Translations under genes and position numbers: made by a program
Assembly: GCA_050230475.1 (NCBI GenBank)
Contig: JBFLGF010000013.1
Coordinates: forward strand, 62,001-123,748
Source: Ancylonema sp.
Lineage: Eukaryota
Length of the DNA stretch: 61,748 bases
Reading direction: 5' to 3'
In this document: positions 39,785-52,997 of the stretch, piece after piece
Position numbering within the stretch: position 1 is the first letter of the stretch
How the letters are laid out: every line of letters starts with the position of its first letter
The notes under the pieces: generated by a model
What the model saw: the letters and a program-made list of their open reading frames with translations, nothing else
Told to the model about the DNA's origin: nothing
Databases searched by the model: none

Positions 39785-41743
39785 CGCCAGAACCCGCGAT
39801 TTGGGCGACTACTCTTCCAGTTGTCTTCAACTCGAGCGCCAAGAGACGGACGCATCACGCAGGTATCACTCTTTGAAATTCTTCAGGACACAAAACACAA
39901 TGTCGTGTGCAAGCAATCGCGTCATGGTCGGGGCGCTCTACACCTTCCACCTACCCTGCGTTGTGACAGCCTCCACTTTGAGGCGGAAACTAATGCGTGG
40001 TGCACATTGTTGATTGTATCCTGAGTGGCTGTATGGTCGTAGAGATCTGCACGGAGAACAAGCATGCCCGACACCTTCGGCGCGAAGGGAGGAGGGACCG
40101 ACTCCGGATTCAGATTCGGGTGCGCTCACTGCGGATTCAGGTTCACATCAGTCGCAATTCTGAGCGGGCGCAAATGATATGCCGTCGCATGGTCTATCAG
40201 CGTTGTATTTCTTTATAACGGGTCACTTCATAATTGCTGTAACCAGGAACCGAACTACTATTCTCAACCGTGGTCGGGACGGTCGACCCGACCTCGGACC
40301 AGTTATTCGCGCTCTCGAGTCTCAACAACCCTTCAAATATTTGGCGCCAAATCATATCTTCAATGGCAGAGTTAGAGAGACCTTTCGCAGCAAGCGAAAC
40401 ACTACCTTTTCTTCTACGATGGCTCTTGCAAGCTAGTTGAGCGCAAACTCACCATCGCCGTCTCTGGCTCTCAGCGTTGGATCGCTAGACTTTGTGGTCC
40501 GCAGCAAATTGGCTCTCAATCAGATGAGACGTCACATCTAAATCAATTCTGGCCATTCGCGCCCACTTTGCTCATAGTTGCCACCAAGAAGAGAGCTCCG
40601 GCCTGCAACAGAGCAGCTGTGAAATAATTTCTTCCTATTTCGCGGTGACGATCCAAGCTCTGTAAAGAGACGCACGGGATTCACAGCGGCTTAAAGGTTC
40701 ATAAAATGATAGACGAACGCATCTAAATCTTGTGTTTCAACCGTACTCGAAAACTCACCGCCACAGTCGTAACTAACAAAGAACAAATATATATGTCAAG
40801 GCGTGGCGCCACCCATGCGGATGAATCAGGCCCATCGCATCGAAGGAGGAGGGACGAGGCGGAAGACTTGGAAGATGAAGAAGATGAGAGGGAGGAGGAA
40901 GAAGGGACCGAGAATGTAGATCCGGAAGACCGTCCTCCTACAAATACTCCGGTATGAAGACAGACAGGGAGCACGGACTTGTGCATCAATCAAGACTTTA
41001 AAACTATTACTCCTAGTTTTCCATATTTGTCCGACACGTGTAGCCCGCATTGCACCATCGTCAGCACGTTGCTCTGATGTACCGCTCTCTGGTCGCAGAA
41101 ATTCATCCCAAACCACTCGACCACCTTTCCCCTCTTCTCTTCTTAACCAACCATCTTTATTCGTGAATGATTCCATAAAGGGGAATGAAGAATGGTACTG
41201 GACATGAGTTGCAATAAAGATGTCTCTGAACTTTTAAGACATCTGAATCAATCTTTGTTCAAAGTGTGCAACTTCTGTGTTTTGACACACAGCTGTCACT
41301 TGACTCTTTCTACTATCGAACCTTCACACCGAGGATCTGAACACCAACCAACCAACCATCCAATCGACCAACCAGAATGTCTCTAGTGAGTACATGGAGT
41401 GCGTTCAGATAACCCACCTTCCTCGACATTCGGTATTTTTTGCAGGAAGAATATGAGGAGGCTGCAAACAATGCTTTAGCAGATCCCGTTTGCTCTGATC
41501 ACTCCTCGGAGGTGAGACTTGAGTCCTCACCATGGGGTCTCAATTGAGGTACCGCTGGGATTGAGTCTCTGTAGTTGGGTACAGAGACAAATTAGATCTA
41601 CTTTCGGATGAAAGAACCTACATACAAGTTTCTTCCACTTCTGCCAGTCCTGGCGGTTCTGCCGGTTCTGCCACTTCTGCCACTTCTGCCACTTCTCCCA
41701 GTTCTGCCAGTTCTGCCAGTTCTGCCAATCTGAGTGGAATCAA
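39785..41743. repeat. Identical duplicate of 37824-39782 across N39783 (probable assembly artefact); duplicates OFUT 5' end and NSE3 exons 1-2
   Basis: Offset 1961; no differences noticed. Confidence 0.9.
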
Positions 41744-43944
41744 TGCCCAACAAGCAACTCCAAGGATCTCTTCAGTTTGGACAAGCGCCTTATAGGCACC
41801 CACTTCTGCCTGTGGAGACACCATTTCGGAGCAAGATTAGAGTGTGTGAGGAGCTTGGTGTGCACTTGCAAGCCGTACAGCTGTCCCGAGGTTTAACGAA
41901 GGGCAGGTGTGCTGTCTCCGACAGTTAATATCACCGGATTGGACTCTAGCTCACCCCCCCCACCAGCATTGGGTGTTGTTTGTATCGAATGCTGGTGTGT
42001 GTCTGTCCGTGTCCTGCTATACCGAACAGGCTGTTATAACGAGAACGTGACGCTGTGTGGAGTCACAGGAGGTACAAAAATGTGTCACTGCTGTGGTCCG
42101 CCGCATGCTGTTCAAGGGCCACAGCCAACCAGGCGTTCCGGTGAAGCGTGAGGAGCTGACGGAGATGGTGGGCAAGATGTTGAAAGGGAGGCGAGGCCTT
42201 CCCTCCATCATCCTCACAATCGCGCAGCACCAAATTCTGGATGTCTTTGGGTTGGAGATGGGGGAGATGCAGAAGAAGAGGGTTCAGAAACGATGCAGAG
42301 GCCTGAGCCAAGGTGAGGGTGAGGGTATGGAGGGTGACAGGGATGGGAGGGGTGGGAGGGGTGGGAGGGGTGGGAGCGGGGGGGGTGAATAGAGTAAAGG
42401 AGTCGGATTCGTGAAACGTTTGCAAGCTGCAACTGGCGTATGGTGACAGAACCTCTGGGGGTACATGGAAGAGATGAGAAGGTCATAATACACAATGAAG
42501 GTGGTAGAGAGGGATGGAGGGATAGTGGCTGGGGGAGGTTGGGGGAGGTGGATGTGATAGGTGGGGGAGGTTGGGGGTGGAGTGAGTCAGTGATTGGTGG
42601 CAGGTCACTGTACGCTGACGTGGCAGATGCAGGGAATGGGGAACCAATCATGGTGTACTGACGATCAGCGTATGCATTTTCGGCGCTCTTAGAGGGCTTC
42701 CTGTTTGCCAAAATGATGACGTGGCCGTGGGGATTGTTGGGGACGATTGTGGGTAACAATGACGTTTTTTTTTTGGCCCCTCGCCTTTCTTTCTTTTCGT
42801 TTCTGCCGCATGTCTCAGCTGTAGAGGAGGCGAGTGTGTCAAAAACATATGCCCTTCATACCATTCTGCCGCCTTCCACTTATGCCAAGCTTGTGGAACA
42901 GCCTAAGACGACGGCTCTCAAGGGCATCATTGCTACTGTGGTGTGCATCATCCAGGGAGGAGGAGGGAGAATAGATGAAGGTGGGAAGGGGGGTCGTTAC
43001 TTTTAGAGTCATGTCCAGAGAACAATGTCATTAAAACCCTGATAAGCCTACAGATGTGTTCCTCGATACACCTATAACCCAAACGTCTTTACGAAAGAAC
43101 GTTCACGAGGGAGAGACTGTCAGTCTGTCTGTGCGGTAGTCAACGCACAGTGCTCACAATAGGGGGGGGCGCGTTTCTGACCAAGTACGATCTGTTGTGG
43201 ACGATTGATATATGGCAGGCAGTCAAAGCGAGGGTTTGTGAATGTGTCACAAAACCAGACTGCTACTCACCTTGACCTTCTCGAACCTTCCATCTCTCCC
43301 TCCTGATTTGAACGACAAGTCCCTCCGTGCCTCCAAAATCTCCCCGTGAACCGTCTCCTCCTCCTCCTCCTCCTCCTCACCCCTTGCAGAACTATTTTGG
43401 AGCCATTTGGCGTCTGTGGGTGTGAAGAAGGACTGCACTGATCACCCTCAGTTCGGAAATGTAGACGACACTCTAAACTTGCTGACCAAGCAGAGGTAAG
43501 GGAGCCGAGGCATGAGGTGCTGCTGTGATGGGAACAGAAGGCATGATGTGATGCATCCCTATGTGTGATCAGAGCTCTGTCTCCTCCTATGTTCTGTGCT
43601 CTGTGTCGTAGATTTTAGGGTCACGTTCCGCCACAAAACCGTTGAGGTTTGAGTTAGAGATTATTATAGAGAGGGTGACTGTAGAGGGGGTGCCTATAGA
43701 GAGGGTGAATGAAGAGAGGGTGACTGTAGAGGGGGTCGTTATCGAGGGCATTGTATGGCATGTGAGGTTTGGGCCTCACGATTTGAGAGTACGGTGCGAT
43801 GTGGTGTGCAGGTATGTGGTGAGGGAGAGAAAGACGGAGCAAGAGGGAGACGGGTTTGTGTACACCATCGGGGAGAGCGCTGTGAGCGATTTCGGTGTAA
43901 AGAACATCAAGAAAGTGTTTGCAAAGGTGCGTGAAGCAGCATGA
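40793..43944 (+). CDS. NSE3: SMC5/6 complex subunit NSE3 (MAGE domain); exons 40793-40951, 41446-41511, 42069-42312, 42819-42980, 43390-43495, 43812-43944
   Basis: Acidic N-terminus followed by VTAVVRRMLFKGHSQPGVPVKREELTEMV...ILDVFGLEM, GIIATVVCIIQGGGGRIDEELFWSHLASVGV, HPQFGNV...LTKQRYV and FVYTIGE, matching plant MAGE/NSE3. The 3' end may splice further at 43926. Confidence 0.88.
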
Positions 43945-44301
43945 GTCGGCGGGAATATTGGCAAGCGTTGTGGATGATGGGCGAGGTTATGTATATATAT
44001 TTTTCGTTTTTTCTCCTAGTTGGTGCAGCCTTGTACCACGGTCGAGATGAGAATATGTTTGCTCGTACACTAGTGCGAAGACAGAAGTGATGATTTTGCA
44101 CTCAGCAACAAAAGCCAACCAGGTCCAAGTATTTCTCATCCCTCCACCCCCCCCCTTATCGGCTGGTCGGATGCAGGTGGCTGCACGGGAATAGGTCTGC
44201 ACACATGTCAATCATTGTGATTTACATTTACATTTCGTGTCACAATAAGAGCGTTGGAGAGTACTTAGAATGAGCCAATCAATCGACCAACTTTCCAGCC
44301 A

Positions 44302-44423
44302 AGTGTACGATTGTGTACGATTGTGTACGATTGTGTACGATTGTGTACGATTGTGTACGATTGTGTACGATTGTGTACGATTGTGTACGATTGTGTACGA
44401 TTGTGTACGATTGTGTACGATTG
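44302..44423. repeat. 10-bp (GTGTACGATT)n minisatellite, ~12 copies (duplicated at 47060-47181)
   Basis: Direct inspection. Confidence 0.95.
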
Positions 44424-46425
44424 ATTGCATGTGACCTTGCTCGGTACGTTTAGGGTAGCAAGTTGTGGTGGCATCCGTAGATACAATATTTACAGGCCCA
44501 CGCGTGCCCAACCGGGGTTTGCTCAAGTTTCATGTTTCTCATAATTGGCTGCCTTATACGCCGTAAGAGAGCTGCCCTTGTTTGCACACCTATCGGCTTT
44601 ATGACTATGTAAACAACTTCATATCATAGGCGCATCAATTCTGATTTGTCGTTATGTGTTAAATGAAGGTGCACTATGTGGGATAATGGCATGGTGTTTT
44701 GATGCAATACTGTCATGAAGGTCAGTGGCATTGGCTACAACATGTCGTGCGCGATTGCCGTGTGTCGAATTTAGCAATGCATTCGTTTTGAAATGCTACT
44801 CAGAGAGATACTAGTTCTGGTCGATCGATTTTTTGTTTTAGGTCGATAAGTCCATTGCCGCCATTCGACCGTAGAAACCATCGATGCGTCTGATTGAGTA
44901 GACGTATTTAGCAAAGATTCACCGCTTGATCTCGCCAGTCAATGATAGGTTGCCGCACGATTGCTTTGTCGAGATAGTGACATCGTGGCGTAAGTTGATA
45001 GCCGAGAGAAGTAAAACCTCCACATTAACATTAACGGTCTGCTAGCACTCTCGCAACCTATCGAGATTTGCACTTAGTAAGCGACCTTTTGCATACAAGC
45101 TTGTGTCCTTTTTCTACGTGATGGTCTCTCGGCTGTCGCCTCGTTGTGGTGCCGCATGAGCATTTGCCTCGAGTGGGCCACTTTTGAATCGATAGCCTGA
45201 CTTTCTGGTGCAGCCAGCTACCGTCTCGAATAAGTGCCATGATGCTGTGTGTGTAGTTACATTGTGTGCATCGACACGATCAGATGACTATATTATCATG
45301 TTTAGGTAGATTTCGATTTTGATGTGTGTGTTTTGTGCATCATGATCGCATCTAGCACGTCAAACATAAATCGTTGCAAGGTCAAGTCCATCTACGTATC
45401 ATGCACTGTTTATGTCTCATGCATGGATGAAGTGCATAGATCCAACAACATGTATGACACGAGCTTGCAAACTAATCTGACACACCAAGGATTTCATTCA
45501 TTTATTAAACTAAGATTCCCAAACAATTCTACACAACCTCTCTTTCCTAGTGCCATTCCGTTAGGTCATCAATCGTGCTCTAGCTCGTAGGGGTATATAT
45601 CTCGTCCAAGAGGCACCATGGACTTCTTACTCCTATCTCGAGGCATGGCTTTGCGCATATCTGCGTTCCCAACACCATAACCGACCACAAACAAAAAGAT
45701 TTTTCGTAAGGGTCTATGGCTACACATGTCCTCTAGGCTTCAGGCGCAAACAGTTGATTTCCTAAAAACAATTGAAGTCGTACATTTTCAACACAACCAC
45801 ACGAGCACCGAAAATTGAAGGAAGAGGCCGTACGATTCGAGTCCGAGGGGCTACTATGCAAAAAGAATGTCGTCTACCCGTTGTTGGTTTGATTTGAACC
45901 CATGTTGAACCCACACGCCATGTTTCAAACGTACCAAGAGCATCTTCTTCCCCCATGTAGTAACTCAGCACCCGGCGGAGAACCACATACCCAAACAGCG
46001 CCGCCAAACAACCCCCTTGCCACGTGAGAGACATGTTGACCCGAGTCAACACCCCCACACTTGGGGGATCGGATACCTCGTACGCTACCCAGAAATACAT
46101 TACATGTAGTATAAAACATCATAGATAATAGGCAAAAACACAAATATAATATGATACGTATAATGTATGCAATACTAATGAAATATGACAAAGAATGGGG
46201 CAGATAAAATGAAATAGAAAATCATGCAAACGCATTTATTGCTTCAATAAGCAAAGGAGTGGGGGGGTGTTTGCAAAGCAGAGGAGTTGTGGAGAGGGCG
46301 TCAGAAATGTTCACTTTATGTTTCGAGGGTATAGTGAAANAGACAAAACGTCGTCCCGGATGCAGCCCCAAGTGTGATCAGAGCTCTGTCTCCAGCTGCG
46401 TTCTGTGCTCTGTGTCGTAGATTCG

Positions 46426-49097
46426 AGAGAGGGTGACTGTAGAGGGGGTGCCTATAGAGAGGGTGAATGAAGAGAGGGTGACTGTAGAGGGGGTCGTTAT
46501 CGAGGGCATTGTATGGCATGTGAGGTTTGGGCCTCACGATTTGAGAGTACGGTGCGATGTGGTGTGCAGGTATGTGGTGAGGGAGAGAAAGACGGAGCAA
46601 GAGGGAGACGGGTTTGTGTACACCATCGGGGAGAGCGCTGTGAGCGATTTCGGTGTAAAGAACATCAAGAAAGTGTTTGCAAAGGTGCGTGAAGCAGCAT
46701 GAGTCGGCGGGAATATTGGCAAGCGTTGTGGATGATGGGCGAGGTTATGTATATATATTTTTCGTTTTTTCTCCTAGTTGGTGCAGCCTTGTACCACGGT
46801 CGAGATGAGAATATGTTTGCTCGTACACTAGTGCGAAGACAGAAGTGATGATTTTGCACTCAGCAACAAAAGCCAACCAGGTCCAAGTATTTCTCATCCC
46901 TCCACCCCCCCCCTTATCGGCTGGTCGGATGCAGGTGGCTGCACGGGAATAGGTCTGCACACATGTCAATCATTGTGATTTACATTTACATTTCGTGTCA
47001 CAATAAGAGCGTTGGAGAGTACTTAGAATGAGCCAATCAATCGACCAACTTTCCAGCCAAGTGTACGATTGTGTACGATTGTGTACGATTGTGTACGATT
47101 GTGTACGATTGTGTACGATTGTGTACGATTGTGTACGATTGTGTACGATTGTGTACGATTGTGTACGATTGTGTACGATTGATTGCATGTGACCTTGCTC
47201 GGTACGTTTAGGGTAGCAAGTTGTGGTGGCATCCGTAGATACAATATTTACAGGCCCACGCGTGCCCAACCGGGGTTTGCTCAAGTTTCATGTTTCTCAT
47301 AATTGGCTGCCTTATACGCCGTAAGAGAGCTGCCCTTGTTTGCACACCTATCGGCTTTATGACTATGTAAACAACTTCATATCATAGGCGCATCAATTCT
47401 GATTTGTCGTTATGTGTTAAATGAAGGTGCACTATGTGGGATAATGGCATGGTGTTTTGATGCAATACTGTCATGAAGGTCAGTGGCATTGGCTACAACA
47501 TGTCGTGCGCGATTGCCGTGTGTCGAATTTAGCAATGCATTCGTTTTGAAATGCTACTCAGAGAGATACTAGTTCTGGTCGATCGATTTTTTGTTTTAGG
47601 TCGATAAGTCCATTGCCGCCATTCGACCGTAGAAACCATCGATGCGTCTGATTGAGTAGACGTATTTAGCAAAGATTCACCGCTTGATCTCGCCAGTCAA
47701 TGATAGGTTGCCGCACGATTGCTTTGTCGAGATAGTGACATCGTGGCGTAAGTTGATAGCCGAGAGAAGTAAAACCTCCACATTAACATTAACGGTCTGC
47801 TAGCACTCTCGCAACCTATCGAGATTTGCACTTAGTAAGCGACCTTTTGCATACAAGCTTGTGTCCTTTTTCTACGTGATGGTCTCTCGGCTGTCGCCTC
47901 GTTGTGGTGCCGCATGAGCATTTGCCTCGAGTGGGCCACTTTTGAATCGATAGCCTGACTTTCTGGTGCAGCCAGCTACCGTCTCGAATAAGTGCCATGA
48001 TGCTGTGTGTGTAGTTACATTGTGTGCATCGACACGATCAGATGACTATATTATCATGTTTAGGTAGATTTCGATTTTGATGTGTGTGTTTTGTGCATCA
48101 TGATCGCATCTAGCACGTCAAACATAAATCGTTGCAAGGTCAAGTCCATCTACGTATCATGCACTGTTTATGTCTCATGCATGGATGAAGTGCATAGATC
48201 CAACAACATGTATGACACGAGCTTGCAAACTAATCTGACACACCAAGGATTTCATTCATTTATTAAACTAAGATTCCCAAACAATTCTACACAACCTCTC
48301 TTTCCTAGTGCCATTCCGTTAGGTCATCAATCGTGCTCTAGCTCGTAGGGGTATATATCTCGTCCAAGAGGCACCATGGACTTCTTACTCCTATCTCGAG
48401 GCATGGCTTTGCGCATATCTGCGTTCCCAACACCATAACCGACCACAAACAAAAAGATTTTTCGTAAGGGTCTATGGCTACACATGTCCTCTAGGCTTCA
48501 GGCGCAAACAGTTGATTTCCTAAAAACAATTGAAGTCGTACATTTTCAACACAACCACACGAGCACCGAAAATTGAAGGAAGAGGCCGTACGATTCGAGT
48601 CCGAGGGGCTACTATGCAAAAAGAATGTCGTCTACCCGTTGTTGGTTTGATTTGAACCCATGTTGAACCCACACGCCATGTTTCAAACGTACCAAGAGCA
48701 TCTTCTTCCCCCATGTAGTAACTCAGCACCCGGCGGAGAACCACATACCCAAACAGCGCCGCCAAACAACCCCCTTGCCACGTGAGAGACATGTTGACCC
48801 GAGTCAACACCCCCACACTTGGGGGATCGGATACCTCGTACGCTACCCAGAAATACATTACATGTAGTATAAAACATCATAGATAATAGGCAAAAACACA
48901 AATATAATATGATACGTATAATGTATGCAATACTAATGAAATATGACAAAGAATGGGGCAGATAAAATGAAATAGAAAATCATGCAAACGCATTTATTGC
49001 TTCAATAAGCAAAGGAGTGGGGGGGTGTTTGCAAAGCAGAGGAGTTGTGGAGAGGGCGTCAGAAATGTTCACTTTATGTTTCGAGGGTATAGTGAAA
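46426..49097. repeat. Identical duplicate of 43668-46339 across N46340 (probable assembly artefact or haplotype overlap)
   Basis: Offset 2758. 46341-46425 is a divergent variant of 43540-43667, suggesting a second haplotype or paralog. Confidence 0.88.
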
Positions 49098-50484
49098 AGG
49101 GGATGGGAGACATTCGAAATGGAGACTGAATTGGGCCAATTCTGTGGTGATGTCTATGGTGGTTCAATACAAGGGGAGGGGAGACGTGGTGGATTTGATT
49201 CCGTACCTTTTCATACATTTGGATGGCCACCTTGTTAGAAGCACGCACAAACAGGTCCACAAAGAAGGCGTTGTACCTGACGCACAAGAACACAGAGAGA
49301 GGGGAGAGTGCATTTGGAGATCGCAAAAAACAAAAATGTGAACACAAAAAGGAACATGCTGAACCAGCAGCAGTGTTTGAGAGGGGCGATTCTGAAAAAG
49401 TTGGGAGGCATGGTATGGGTGTGTGGGAGAGGATGGGAATTGAATGCCAATACGATAAGAGTTGTTATTTTGGTATCTCTACCCTTCAACCCCCCCCCCT
49501 TTTTATGGTGGTGAGACCAATGATTTGGAAGGGCGGAAGGCTCACGTTTTGTAGGTGGTTTCTTCCAGAATGTTCATCAGCTTCGCTGCCAGGGTCAGTC
49601 GCCGATACTCGGGAGCCACGGTGACGGCACTCACGTGGCCGTGCCACAGCTCCCCGCGGCCCTCTGCCTTTCCGATGACTGAGGACGAATAGGCAGAATG
49701 GCAGAAAGGCAGAAAGGCAGAAAGGCAGAAAGGCAGAAAGGAAGGAAGGCGGAAGGGCGGTTTGTGGCAGAATGGAAGCAGCAAAACAATCTGTCTTTGT
49801 GAAGCAAAACAGCGTAGGGAATGGATGAGGGGAGTGCCGACAGAGAACATGGGTGGCCGAGGTATCAAAACGTCCCTTCTGAACAATCTCTGTACTTATG
49901 GCCGTTACGAAAAGAGAGGTTATCATTGTAGGCACTGACGGTGGAGCCTATGGCAGCGCTGTGTCAATGATGAGATCCGTACATTCCGTACTGACGTACT
50001 TGATTTGAGGACTGAGGTTCGGGAATCTCACTGTAGCCCATGAGGTGGTCACCCGGTCCCTCTGCTTTCAGAAAATAGTCGGGCCACTGCGCCATGTAGC
50101 TAAAGTAGAAGGAGAGGTTATACTGCAGCGGAACGAGGGAGAGGAAATATGTGAGAGTCGCAGGGGAAATGAAAATTTCGTTACACACATCTCTCTAGTG
50201 AGTGCCTTACTGCTAGAGACTGGACGAGCTTCTCGCTAAGTCAGTACCAAAACAATATCATATGTTTGTACTATATTATTACTTGTATACACTAATATAT
50301 TATCAGCGTACTGCTGCTATCGTTACCAGTATGTTTACATGTAGCTTTACAACAATGCCAGCCTCTTTGAAGAGCATTGGCTTAGCTAGGGGAATGTAGA
50401 AATTACCGTTTCAGTTAACCAATCTAAGTTGACGTTGTTGAATCGGAGCAGATCATTGCACGTAAATCGCCTGATCGACGTCAT
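48327..50484 (-). CDS. NAA20: N-terminal acetyltransferase B catalytic subunit NAA20, 6 exons
   Basis: MTSIRRFTCNDLLRFNNVNLDWLTET-YNLSFYFSYMAQWPDYF-IGKAEGRGELWHGHVSAVTVAPEYRR-FVDLFVRASNKVAIQMYEK-FGYVVLRRVLSYYMGEEDAL-DMRKAMPRDRSKKSMVPL. The exon 5 acceptor reads TG rather than AG. Confidence 0.93.
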
Positions 50485-51140
50485 AGCAAAATGAATCTGG
50501 CAGGTAGCTGGCAGAGCGTCTGAAACGCAATTCGTTTTGTGGTTGCTGCGAAGACCTCAATGACAGACTAATGAATATGACAGGCTGGACAGCAGTGCCC
50601 AAATGACGTATGCTGGTGCAGTAAGAGCATTTGGTCAGTCGTAGTGATCAACATAAGCAGCCCAGGACTTGGTCACACTGATGTTCATGAATCGTCTTTG
50701 TATTTCCCATTTCTTTCTCCATCTGGAGAAGACGTTCGCGGTGGGGCGCTTTTCCTTTGTGAAAGCGCCAGCCACCCCGCTACAACTGAGGGCGTATTCC
50801 TGTGACTTGTTGACTGCCGGTTTCGACTTCTACCTAGTTTGCGCCGTAGGACTAATTTTGACCGGGGTTGACCAATTTTCTCGCCGGTATCCACGTGGCG
50901 AGTCTATCTTCGTCCCGTTCAGAAGGTTGTACCCGTGCGGACGACGTCCGCAGCTCCCGTCGAAACTCCCCGTTATGTAATTCTTCAGGTTTGTTCTCGG
51001 GAAAGTATATCAACTCGCAATTTGCAGCCATCTTCACGACATCGCCAATCTGGGAAGCTCGAAGGTGCAATCTTCTTGAACTATCACCATAAACATCGAC
51101 ATTCGCCGGAAGCGGCCGTAAGTTGCATCCGACTCACCGA

Positions 51141-52997
51141 ATGCAGCCCGGAGACGTCTCCCAGGATCCCAATTCGAAAACAATTCCGGGTCCATCGAGC
51201 CGTTTAAACTTAGAGCAGACGTCCACTTTTCGCAATGAGAATGACCCGCTCGTGACTAGTGACGAGGCACAACTCGAAGAAACAGAGACCAGCTCAGACG
51301 TTGAAAGAAATGGAAGGAGGGCGGGGTTAAGGTCAAATAAGGGCGACCCTACCAGCCAATCAAAACACAAAGATCCAGTTTCAGGGGATGTTCATGAGGT
51401 CCCGCAGCCAAAGTCGAGGAGGGGTAAGAAGGGGAAGGGGTTGGAGGATTCCGATGAAATGGAAGACCGTCCAGATGCAGAGGGCAAGGAGGAGATGCCA
51501 CGTGGCAAATCAGGGGGCCCCAAATTTAGAGGCGGGAAGGGTCGGGGATTGGTGACGGTGCCGAAGAAACCACAGAGGGGGCAAAAGAAAGAAAAGGACG
51601 ACGGGGCAGGGGCAGTCGGCGCAAACCTGGACGACCTGGAGGAGGGGGGGGGGTTACAGTGGGCGAAAGAACAATCCGGATGTATCGTGATGCTGGTGGG
51701 ACAGGCTGGCAGCGGCAAAAGCTATTTCGCCCACGCTCTGGCAGAAGGAAAGGATGGGTGGGTGGTGGTGGAGGGTGCTCCTAAAGACTGTGAAGTGGCA
51801 CTAATGAGGGCAATGTTTGGGAAAGGTGAGGGGGGAGGGGGGGGAATCGCGGGAGACATTTAACTGTCTTACCCCTCAGTCACATCGGTTTTGTGACTCC
51901 TTTGAAGTGCTGTTTATGCATCGAAGTAGGAGCTCGTCGATAAGCTACCTTACAAAAAAGAAGGTAGGAATAGGCACTGGGCAGACCGCCAGGAGTTGGC
52001 AGAAATTCTCTCGAAAATATCGTTTGGCAGCAGAAAACGACACATCTAGTACTCCCACAGTCATCACTTGCCATCCCACCCCCTCTCTGTGTGCGAGCAT
52101 GTAAGCAGTAACGTTATAACCAACCGTTGCCCCTTGTGCCGAACTGGATACACCAGGCATTCACCGGGGTCCTCAGAAGGTGGTGCTGGACCGACGGAAC
52201 ATGGAACCAGAGGAGCGCAAAAATTGGCTGAAGTTGGCGATGGTGACCAAAAGTCAAGCCATGGCCGTCTTCTTTGACGTTCCGGTGGCAGAGTGCAGAC
52301 AGCGATTGGTCGATAGGGGGGAACCAATCACGGGTGGCCAAGGTGAGGCAACCATATATTTGTCTTTTGACTCTCATACCAATCCTTCACTTACTACTTA
52401 AATATCTTGTTATGACAGGTGTTTGAGTTGCCTGTGACTTTGAATTTGAATTTAGACTCATTGGTTGAAGTATTGTTACGGCCATGAATATGATGTGTCT
52501 ATAGTGGCATACATGAGTAGGTTTAGTGTATACGCTACACCCTCCCCTGCCAAGTTAGCATCAACGCTGATTGGTCTTTTTGCCCACCACTCGAGGGTTG
52601 TTATGCATGTATGAGTGGAGATATCATGTCTGATGACGATGCCCAGTGAATAGTTAAGGTCAGTGCGCTTTTTATAAACATTTAACATGCAATTAAAAAC
52701 AAATGCTCACTTTTGTTTGTATTTTTGCTTTTGACACCCTCCCCTCCCTGTAAAATGGGGGATATGTTTTGTGGATTGTAGTAAATTGTAAATTGATGTA
52801 ATGAGTATGTTGTCCCGGCAGGATGGACAAAGGGTGCTGTGGCACCCCCTACTGTAAAGGAAGGGTTTAAGGAGGTATTTCGAATCCACTCACCAGAGGA
52901 GGTTGAGAAACTGATTCGCTACTTTAAAGCGCCCACAGACAGTGTTGGAATTCAGAAGTTGGAGGCAGAGATTGTGGAAGAAGGGGGCCCGGAGTGA
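51141..52997 (+). CDS. P-loop kinase of AAA_33/polynucleotide-kinase type with charged low-complexity N-terminus; start uncertain (exons ~51141-51825, 52157-52342, 52822-52997)
   Basis: Walker A IVMLVGQAGSGKSYFA, then VVLDRRNMEPEERKNW, AVFFDVPVAECRQRL and PPTVKEGF, which are PNK-like kinase motifs. Intron phases are consistent. Confidence 0.8.
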
